A stretch of DNA of 63,257 nucleotides, filler included, from Collodictyon triciliatum (lineage: Eukaryota): assembly GCA_043381765.1 (NCBI GenBank). It is 48 parts of 48 records of this genome, joined end to end, with 100 filler letters (N's around TTAATTAATTAA, not from the genome) between each part and the next. Parts side by side here need not be neighbours in the genome. Positions count along the whole stretch, not along the records: positions 50,230 to 51,444 come from JBHJMP010011827.1; positions 51,545 to 52,758 come from JBHJMP010011828.1; positions 52,859 to 54,072 come from JBHJMP010011829.1; positions 54,173 to 55,385 come from JBHJMP010011830.1; positions 55,486 to 56,697 come from JBHJMP010011831.1; positions 56,798 to 58,014 come from JBHJMP010011832.1; positions 58,115 to 59,326 come from JBHJMP010011833.1; positions 59,427 to 60,635 come from JBHJMP010011834.1; 40 more parts are not named here. The stretch is one strand, 5' to 3'. A program made the translations under genes and the position numbers. Within the stretch, counting starts at the first letter, position 1; each line of letters opens with the position of its first letter. The notes beneath the pieces were generated by a model that saw nothing but the letters and a program-made list of their open reading frames with translations, was not told the DNA's origin and searched no databases. Below, piece by piece: positions 51,244-62,046 of the stretch.

Positions 51244-52858
51244 GTGAAAGTCTTTGTTTTACTTTTTCCTTTAGAAAGATACTGAGTTTTCAATTTTAAT
51301 AAAACTTGAGTCAATCAGTCAATTAAAAAAAAAAACTTCATAAAATCAATTTATGTAAAATTAAGCATCTGTCAAGACCCTCAAAATGTGCGCTTTGTGG
51401 CAAACAAACACACAAAGCTTTTGTTATAAGTGATTTGACACAAANNNNNNNNNNNNNNNNNNNNNNNNNNNNNNNNNNNNNNNNNNNNTTAATTAATTAA
51501 NNNNNNNNNNNNNNNNNNNNNNNNNNNNNNNNNNNNNNNNNNNNTACTTTTTATCATATTTACAAGAAAAAAATGTATTTTAGTTTTTTTTGATACAGGA
51601 GATTTACTTTTTTATTACACAAACATATGAGGCGAACAAATATTTAAGATATTGATAAAGATTTTCAAAATATGATATCTCTCAAAGTCTATGTTGCCGC
51701 TTAGGTATATACGTATTTGACAGGGGCGTTGCAGCTTTCGCTCAATTTATTTATGAGATTGCTGAAAATTTACTTGTATCAACGTAAACATTTGAGCTTT
51801 TATGCAGTTATTTGAACATTAAGAAATATGTTATGTCGTATTTTAAACACATCTTCGTTAAAACTTGTCAAAGTAAACTTAAAATCAAAAAAAAGCAATA
51901 ATATATTTGACCATGCAGTGTTTGAATTTATTAAAATGCATTAATTAAAGCTCAAAAGAATATTAAATACTAAGACAGATACGAAGGCGGTTTTGTTATA
52001 CACTTTTTTTTAGAATTGAATGTGACTCGGGTGGGTTTGGCGCTACAGTTTGAAATAAAGGTAAGATTGTAAGCCTTAAAGTATGTACTATAATTTTATT
52101 CATGCTGATTTTTTGACTAATGATTTATGGTTATAGCCGTATGATACATCAGAGAGCTTCAATTTTTATGAATTTTTTCTTGTGAATTTTAAGTGATAGA
52201 TTATGTGAGTTTGTTATAGTTGAGCAGCTGTATTTGTATCACTGTATATTTTAACTAAACGTGACACATACATTTTTTTTTATAAAAAAAGACCAAAAAC
52301 TATGAGCCCAGGCTGTAATATCTCGAACATCTAAGCAAACTTTTTCAAGGTCTTATCTTGAAAAAAAATCGTAAGTTTCAACTTAAAATACCATGTAATC
52401 AAAAGACAAAGCACAATTTTTTTTGATATATGGGAGAATTCGGCCATTTAACTAACGTATGTCCAGAATCAAAATACTTTGGTAAATGTCGGTATTGAGG
52501 GTCAGTTAGATCGACGCGAGGATTATCTTCTTTCTGTTGTGGCAATATATTGTCGACAACAGGAACCAGTGGATCAAAAAAGTCTTCTGGAAGTCCGTCC
52601 AACAGCTATGACACTGCTTCGTTGGTATTGGTTCCCTGGTCTTTGGATTCCTTGCTTTGTGACATTCCCTTATACTAGTTGTTGATTCCCTATGATTGTT
52701 TGTTCTGGTCGTGTTACATAAATATTAAAAATTCACAACCAAAGTGACAATTCTCAATNNNNNNNNNNNNNNNNNNNNNNNNNNNNNNNNNNNNNNNNNN
52801 NNTTAATTAATTAANNNNNNNNNNNNNNNNNNNNNNNNNNNNNNNNNNNNNNNNNNNN

Positions 52859-52953
<95 letters not shown>

Positions 52954-52999
52954 TGGTGATTTTCCCCCGGTTTGAACTCGTTAATATTTTTCGATAGAT

Positions 53000-53560
53000 A
53001 AAAAGAGGCACTTACATGCCTTTGCTTCCCTTATTACAAGTCCCGTTGTCCCGAGGTGGGATAAGCGCAGCCCACTATGCACTCTTTGTTGCTCATTATC
53101 CCTGCGCCATCACAGCCGCAAACGCCTCCCACCGAACTCTGTCGCTTTCCCACGAGCCGTGTACAAACGCGCTTCACTACCTCACTAATCAGTCATCTCG
53201 ACTCAGCCACAAACCTCGTCCAACTTTCGCCATGCCACAAAGAGCCAAGCAGCTCAAATAGTACAGCCACACCGAGCCCAACCGCAATGCCGACCGCGTA
53301 TAGCACCAACGGGCAAAACAGAGCACGGTTAGGGGAGTGCAGACTTTGGCACAAATATGGGTGAATTCTTCGAACTCAAGTCGCTGGCAAGCTCTCGGGG
53401 AATTTGATCCCTGAGACACCCCTCCGTTCTCTAATCGAACAGCGCCACCAAAAACAGCTGGGCAGAAGGCACAAAAGACGCCGTCAAGCAGATGATCCCA
53501 CCCAAACGCGATATAGACACACAGACCCTTGAGACATTCTGAGGAGGCTGGGATTGAGAA
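53000..53560 (+). mobile_element. Possible degenerate LINE ORF2 remnant (post-RT region)
   Basis: LLQVPLSRGGISAAH resembles the L..P...GGLG motif; A/C-rich sense strand with scattered stops. Confidence 0.3.
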
Positions 53561-54383
53561 AAATGAAAAAAAAAATTAACATTATAATATCGCAATAATG
53601 ATAAAAAAAAATGAAAAAAAAAAAAAAGGGCGCTTTTGTCCGTAACGCGCGTTTTCATGCAATTGCCGAAAGGCGATCCCTGAATCAATATGTGCGAGGT
53701 ATTTCTTGTAGGCTGCTTGCTGCTGTGATTCCCTGTTCTCTGTTTTTCCTCTCGTGCTTACTTTGCAGCGGCATTTGCAGACTCATTGCGGAGCAAGAGA
53801 CCAGGGGAAAGGGGAGATTGGCAGCTGAAAGGAAAGACCCCACCAAGCGAGCCTTTCAAAGACCGAGCGAATAAATGGTACCCAACACTCTAACATTATA
53901 TTGTGATTCAGGTCCAAGGAGGGGCAAATCCTGACAGAATCGCCCCACACCGCATGCGATCCCTTTGTATGTTTCTTCTTCTTCTTCTTCTTCTTCTTCT
54001 TCTTCTTCTTCTTCTTCTTCTTCTTCTTCTTCTTCTTCTTCTTCTTCTTCTTCTTCTTCTTCTTCTTCTTCTNNNNNNNNNNNNNNNNNNNNNNNNNNNN
54101 NNNNNNNNNNNNNNNNTTAATTAATTAANNNNNNNNNNNNNNNNNNNNNNNNNNNNNNNNNNNNNNNNNNNNTAGAATAACAGATAGAATAACAGATAGA
54201 ATAACAGATAGAATAACAGATAGAATAACAGATAGAATAACAGATAGAATAACAGATAGAATAACAGATAGAAAAAGACATAATCTCCTGTTGGGCAAAC
54301 CACAGCCATAATCCCAAGATAAATAGCACCCTTAACCACACCAATGACACTGCTCCTTACGACACACAATCGACGCGCGACAG

Positions 54384-55217
54384 AAAGTAGAGGCGCGTCT
54401 GGCAAAGGAGCACTATCTGCAACACCACCCGGAGGTGCGGCAGCTCTGCACGCGCTTCTTCGCCGAGGCACTGCAGCACCAGCCGCGGGACGTGCTGCAG
54501 TTTGCAAAGATGTTCTTCACGCTGCGGCAGCTGCGGCCGATTGCGCACGACGGCCAGCGCCTCCCACTGGAGCCCTTTGTTGCGGCGGGCATTCTTGCCG
54601 CTGCGGATGTGAGTGCAGGCGCAGACTTCAACGTAGACGCAGATGCAGACAAAGACCGGGACAGAGACGCAGCCGCCCATGCAAACACAGACCGGGATGC
54701 TGATGCGAGGCCCGGCAGAGCCCCGCAGGCTTTTGCAGGCTCTGCCTCGCATGACGACATGGCCTCAGCTTCCACCACTGGCCGCAGGCAAAGCACCGGC
54801 CCGCCTGTGCGTAGAGGCGCCGAGTCGCGGCCGCTCAGCGAGGCTGACTCGCATTCCGACGCCAGCGCAGCCACAGTCCGACCGCAGCCCAGAGACGTGC
54901 CCTCCACATTCCTCCCCCATGTGCGCCTCATCATCCTCGCAAACTGCCGCGATGTCTACGCAACTCCGCGCGGTGCAGCAAACATCGCAACCGTGGCCCA
55001 GTTTGTGGCAGCCGCCCGCGCAGGCGCTTTCTTCCTCTCCCCGCTGCCCAAGCGGCGCATCAGCGACCCCACGCCCGGTGCGTCTGCAGGCTTTGCCACG
55101 TCGGCCGAGTGGAGGGCCTTCCAGTCCCGTCTGCGCCGCACACCGACCGTCTTCTGTGTCGGCGGTAATGTGCTTGCACCGAGCCTCTATAGTGCCCTGC
55201 CTTTGCGCATCCGCGAT
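54384..55217 (+). CDS. GC-rich exon encoding an RIIa-type dimerization/docking domain (RIIAD1-like) followed by a 5'-nucleotidase-like metallophosphoesterase start
   Basis: ARLAKEHYLQHHPEVRQLCTRFFAEALQHQPRDVLQFAKMFFT, then VRLIILANCRDVY...TVFCVGGNVLAPSLYSAL. Confidence 0.7.
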
Positions 55218-55287
55218 GTGGGTGTCTGTCATCTTATCTTGTTTTGTCTTGTCATCTTTATTTTGATTCTTCTATATTTGTTCCTAT

Positions 55288-55385
<98 letters not shown>

Positions 55386-55687
55386 NNNNNNNNNNNNNNN
55401 NNNNNNNNNNNNNNNNNNNNNNNNNNNNNTTAATTAATTAANNNNNNNNNNNNNNNNNNNNNNNNNNNNNNNNNNNNNNNNNNNNAAAAAATAAAAAAAG
55501 ATAAAAAAGATAAAAAAAGATAAAAAAAGATAAAAAAAGATAAAAAAAGATAAAAAAAGATAAAAAAAGATAAAAAAAGATAAAAAAGACAAAAAAAGAT
55601 AAAAAAGATAAAAAAAAGATAAAAAAACACAAAGAGATGGAAAGAAAAATGAAATTATGAAGAAATATAGGACGAATGGGCTTGCCT

Positions 55688-56440
55688 CAGGAAAGAAAAC
55701 ATCATTTGCTTCGATAATGTCCCATAGATGCTCCACCTTGTCTAGAGAAAATCAGTATAATTTAACGATTTTTTTTTTTTTTTTTTGCTCTCGATAAAGA
55801 AACAATCTTCCACATGCTAATATTATATTCTGAAATAATCAAAAGGATGAAGGCAAAACAAACAAATAAAACAGCAAAAGAAAAAAAAGGGGGCCAAAAT
55901 ATAATGGGTTATGATTAAAGGTTACACAGAGCAGCATCGTGCATATACTCCAGTCCTCGAGCCAAATCAGAATGAATGAAATTGCGAACTTCAGATAAGA
56001 CAATCATGAGTTCGTCAGATATGATTTTTGGAGAGATGCTTTCACTCTGCATTGTAAAATGATTCAGAAAAGCCCGAATACCTCTACTTATATATGGTAA
56101 TTTTCATCCACAATTAAAGTGATACCATTATATACATTGTGCAAGGAAAACTGGTTACCAATTTATAGGCGCTTGTATGCTCCAAGAACACCTTAAAGAA
56201 TCCAAAGAGGTTGGAATAGAAAAGCATTTTGGAAAAATGACACGACGTCATCCAAGAAATAAGCGGCTGGTTATTAAAAATGTTGTTACTTGGGTATCAA
56301 GTAAAATCCGAACTGCTATTTTAGTGAACAATACATGTCGACAAAAACCATATTGCGCTACAGATTTCGAGAACTCACCAGAATTTCTTTATCTTGCTTG
56401 ATAGCCGCATAGTGGGTGAAGTTTTCAAACATCGACACAT
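55688..56440 (-). CDS. Multi-exon fragment of an unidentified gene
   Basis: AG/GT-bounded exons PLISWMTSCHFSKMLFY..., SESISPKIISDELMIVLSEVRNFIHSDLARGLEYMHDAAL and KVEHLWDIIE. Confidence 0.45.
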
Positions 56441-56797
56441 AATCACAGTTCTATTTTTGTCGTTATTTTTTTAAAACCCAAAAAAACCCAAAAAAAGAGA
56501 AATGAAAAAAGAGAAATGAAAAAAGAGAAATGAAAAAAGAGAAATGAAAAAAGAGAAAAGAAAAAAGAGAAAAGAAAAAGAGAAAAGAAAAAGAGAAAAG
56601 AAAAAGAGAAAAAAGAGAAAAAAGAGAAAAAAGAGAAAAAAGAGAAAAAAGAGAAAAAAGAGAAAAAAGAGAAAAAAGAGAAAAAAGAGAAAAAAGANNN
56701 NNNNNNNNNNNNNNNNNNNNNNNNNNNNNNNNNNNNNNNNNTTAATTAATTAANNNNNNNNNNNNNNNNNNNNNNNNNNNNNNNNNNNNNNNNNNNN

Positions 56798-57560
<763 letters not shown>

Positions 57561-58231
57561 GAGAATTTATTAAAGAAAATTGGTCACTTTTTTCCTTCTT
57601 TTCCTTTTTTCATTTCATTTCACTTTTTTTTCTTTTTCTATTTTCTATTTTCTATTTCCTATTTCCTATTTTCTATTTTCTATTTTCTATTTTCTATTTT
57701 CTATTTTGTTTTTTTTTCTTTTCTTTACCTTTTCTTTTTTCGATTTTCGATTTTGTTTTAACTATTTATTATTTTTTTCTTTCTAGCGCAGTGCTAGTAT
57801 GTCATTTGAGATCATCGGTTACATCGATGATATATAAATACCCTTTTCAACATATCCAATTTTGCCATTTTTTTGGTGCTTTTATGTCAGCCTCTTACTC
57901 CAAATTCTATTTTATTTTAATTCTATTTTATTTTAATTCTATTTTATTTTAATTCTATTTTATTTTAATTCTATTTTATTTTAATTCTATTTTATTTTAA
58001 TTCTATTTTATTTTNNNNNNNNNNNNNNNNNNNNNNNNNNNNNNNNNNNNNNNNNNNNTTAATTAATTAANNNNNNNNNNNNNNNNNNNNNNNNNNNNNN
58101 NNNNNNNNNNNNNNTAATAACAATAATAACAATAATAACAATAATAACAATAATAACAATAATAACAATAATAACAATAATAACAATAATAACAATAATA
58201 ACAATAATAACAAGTACGGTGTAAAAACTAC

Positions 58232-59025
58232 CTGGTTTCCTTGTAGTTCTAATGATGTGATTCTTACCAATCTGGAAAAATTATCCGGAATAGTAGATAG
58301 CTGTTTTATTGATTTATGAGGTAAATTAGTCACAAGGATAATGTGACTGCTAATAGCATACATAAGCGATTTATTTACTTTGCAAAAAGGAAAATGAGCT
58401 TCCTGAAGTGTGGTTATGTTGTTGACACATTCTGGGATAGCACAAAACTATTGAAAAAGAAGGATATTACTTTTTCATTTTGTTTAGTGCTAGAGGATGA
58501 AACTAATATCTTCCTCGAAAGATTTCATTGTACCAATCAGTCTCTATTCTTGAAAGTAAATGTATAAATCCAGTAAGATAAATAAATTTTTACGCAAGAT
58601 AAATTTCATACCTGAATATGAACGCAATGCAGCTGTGATAACTTCAAAGATGAAATGCCAAGAGGAAGATTTGTGACCTAGATCAAATCATAGATCAAGA
58701 ATATATATGTATTACTTGCTACAATTGTGTATTTTGAATCGAATAAAGGAAAAAATGCTACAATTGCAGATACGTTAACTACTCAAAATAATGCAACCAT
58801 ACAAGCGTTTAACCACCAAACATTACCTCACAATGTGTAAGTTTGAGAGCCCTCAAATTTGAGAGGCGAGAGATGCTTGTGGGGAGGTCCATGATATTAG
58901 CTTTGTCGAAATGTAGAAAGTCAATATCCAGAACTTTATCGGTTTGTGATGTATGTATTCTCAAAGACCGAAGAAGAAGACGATTTTCAATCATGAATAC
59001 CCATTCGGGTATTTGTATAGTCTAG
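58232..59025 (-). CDS. Leucine-rich repeat protein fragment
   Basis: IMDLPTSISRLSNLRALKLTHCE|VTNLPLGISSLKL and LSTIPDNFSRLVRITSLELQGNQ. Confidence 0.7.
58728..58755 (+). mobile_element. 28-bp retro micro-insertion with 11-bp TSD in an LRR-gene intron
   Basis: TGCTACAATTG at 58717-58727 and 58756-58766 flanks tgtattttgaatcgaataaaggaaaaaa. Confidence 0.8.
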
Positions 59026-59426
59026 GAAATGCGATATTATAGATAAGTGATTCGTTGGTTCAGCACAAAATGATGAACATATCAAATATAACGAACATAG
59101 TACATTCACTTATTATACGGCGAAAAAAAAATTAAGAATTTATTTGTTTTCAAAATATTGATCGATATTGTGAAATTACGTCGACAAAATTGATCTCTAT
59201 AGTTTCCAATGCCACCAGTGTCGATAGCACATCTGGGACGTGAGAAAACTAAGATAGTGAAATGAAATGAGTTCTCCAAGGTCCGTAATCGACTAAAAAA
59301 TCCTTTCAATAATTAGCTAGTCTGTTNNNNNNNNNNNNNNNNNNNNNNNNNNNNNNNNNNNNNNNNNNNNTTAATTAATTAANNNNNNNNNNNNNNNNNN
59401 NNNNNNNNNNNNNNNNNNNNNNNNNN

Positions 59427-59490
59427 CTACTTGTCGGCGAAGTAGTCGGTACTCAGGATTGCATCCTGCGGTTTGGCCTGTGGCCTGGGT
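59427..59490 (-). mobile_element. Short second copy of the element end at 43651-43844
   Basis: acccaggccacaggccaaaccgcaggatgcaat-cctgagtaccgactactt matches 43689-43740; ends TDYFADK*. Confidence 0.7.
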
Positions 59491-59840
59491 GTTACAAAGG
59501 GGTGTCTGGGGGGCATGGGGGTGCTGAAAAATGTATTGAATTTACGTGCACATTAGCAAGTCGTATGGTTGGATATGTTTATATTGATATGTTACTTTTG
59601 AACATTAGGGGCTTTAAAAACGACACACAAATCAGCTCCTTCCATTGACTATTTATTGCCATTATTTTGGTGCATGAACATGAAATAGAAAGACACCTTT
59701 TTCTGTCACTATCTGGTGTCCTTGTTAAGAATGAGTGTCCTTCTTGGGTCTTGGGTTGATTATCAGTGGTAAGTTGATGGGAGGATGTACATGCAAAGTA
59801 TGTCAAAATTTTCCATCAATCGATAATCTAAAAGACAATA

Positions 59841-60460
59841 TCATGATGGGAAATATAAGCTGTAAAGTACGCTTTCATCTTCTGGACAGCTGGAGCTCGA
59901 CGATCCAGACTTGTTGAAGAAGTCTTCGCATTCTTTTGCATCTTTAGCCAACCAGCTTTCGGTAGGCTGCAATCTATTCGCTGTCTCATCGCTCCATGCC
60001 TCTTCCACAGTACTCTTTGACATAGTTTATTAAAAATGACATTGTGTCTAAACTAAGCAGGAATATAGGCATATACACAAACACCTAAAAAAGATAAATT
60101 ATTTAATAAAAGAGAAAGAACGCATACAAAAGCTGACAGATTGCTGTGGATGAAGGATGCTCCCTAGGAACGAATTTGAAATCATTAAATATGTCTTTCA
60201 AAAGAAATATTATTAAAAATTAGATTGGCTATTTATGACCTTAAGAAATTCAATAAGGGACAATACACTTGCGTCCAAAATCAGAATAATTAAGTGAATT
60301 GTTTACATGGGTGAATGGAGATTGTGAAATTAAAGTTCCGCGTCGTTGAGGAGTGGTTGTTGCTGAGGATTGTCCAGGCGACCGAGCAGGCTTCGCAAAA
60401 GGGGATATGGGCAAAATCCTCCCGACTCGAGAGCTGTTTGGTGTTGTCTGAAACATGCCT
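59841..60460 (-). CDS. Terminal exons of an unidentified Ser/Pro-rich protein
   Basis: Open segments 60460-60270 and about 60028-59841 with plausible splice sites. Confidence 0.35.
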
Positions 60461-60541
60461 TGCGGAAAGTCAGGGAAGTTTACTCTAAGGAAAGGTGGAG
60501 AGGGAATTAAAAAAAAAGGTGGGAAAGGTGGAGAAGGTATA

Positions 60542-60635
<94 letters not shown>

Positions 60636-62046
60636 NNNNNNNNNNNNNNNNNNNNNNNNNNNNNNNNNNNNNNNNNNNNTTAATTAATTAANNNNNNNNN
60701 NNNNNNNNNNNNNNNNNNNNNNNNNNNNNNNNNNNGCAGATGGAACAGTTCCCAGTCCCTTGGTTGCTTTGTCTCATGTCCTTTCATAAGTTCAAAAATG
60801 AACTCAGATTGAGAAAAGTCTGAAAAAAGGCATATAATTTTTTTTAGCTTGAAGAGCATATAATCAAAATATCGAAGGCTGTATACCCAATGATAGCCCA
60901 AAAATGTCGCATGGGAATGTAATATTGAAATTGAATCATACTTTTATCATCAGTACACCGCTATCATTTTCTTCACACAACTATTATCTTGATTCATCTT
61001 CAGCTTTTTGAACCAGTTATCATAGTCTATCGCATATTGATAAATCATACAAAAGATATGTGTTTTTCTTCATTCTTATGTTTCTTGTTCAGCTAAAATC
61101 TTTGTGTTTTATCATCATCTCGAATATAAAAATGCAAATTGTTGTATTTCGTGCTGTCACGTTACGTGTTAACTCCAACATCAACAACATTCAAGATTAA
61201 AAAGGAACAGGAATTGGAGCGCGTGCTAATCCTACAGTTTCATAATTAATTGTAAGTAATCATACAAGTCAAAACTAAGCAAATATCTTTAAATATTCAA
61301 TCAAATCATTAACCATACTCCAAAACAAAATTACACGCAGTTTTTTCTCTTTTAAAACCCACATTCATCATCTAAAGGCCTCAAGTTTCGTCATTTACTT
61401 CCATACGAAATTATGGTCGAGAATTAAGAGCAGATATTCACTCAATGTGTGATTATGATAATAAATATTTATTTTAAAAATGCTTAAATAATGAAGCAAA
61501 AGAGGTTAGGTGCTTACATCTCCCCAGAATTTTCGTCTTTGGATTTTCAAACAGCAGCAAATAGTTGAAGATAGACAACTGCGGCTTTCCCTACCTATTT
61601 TTGCATTTGAAAGTGATTATTATTGATAACCTAATATCGATAAAGCGCCAATTATCAGAGACTATCACTTGCATACAATCTGCGCCACAAGCTCGGAACT
61701 ATGGCACAACGAGTGCGGTATGTCCTGTCAGGCGCACAAAAAAATCAGATAACAACAAAAAATCAGAGGAAAAAAAAACAAGAGCGAAATTGATCCAATC
61801 GGTGCATTTCTGTACAATAGGATACGGGATTACAAAGAACAAGGGTTTTTTTTTTTGTTTAAAATTGCCGCAGGGGCTCTGAATCAGGATTTCGTCAGAT
61901 AGCTTGTGCAGTTTCATATTTCTGAATGATTATTTGTCTGTGAGGTNNNNNNNNNNNNNNNNNNNNNNNNNNNNNNNNNNNNNNNNNNNNTTAATTAATT
62001 AANNNNNNNNNNNNNNNNNNNNNNNNNNNNNNNNNNNNNNNNNNNN

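Noticed and set aside
53661-53680. ATTGCC-GAAA-GGCGAT tetraloop hairpin as part of a ribozyme
   Set aside because: No hammerhead CUGANGA core or HDV-like pseudoknot is recognisable.
54413-55232. Overlapping minus-strand and alternative-frame ORFs in the GC-rich exon
   Set aside because: Expected shadow ORFs in high-GC coding DNA; no recognisable motifs.
55935-55975. DLARGLEYMH as protein kinase subdomain VIa
   Set aside because: No HRD or DFG follows in the next exon, and the upstream sequence is not kinase-like.
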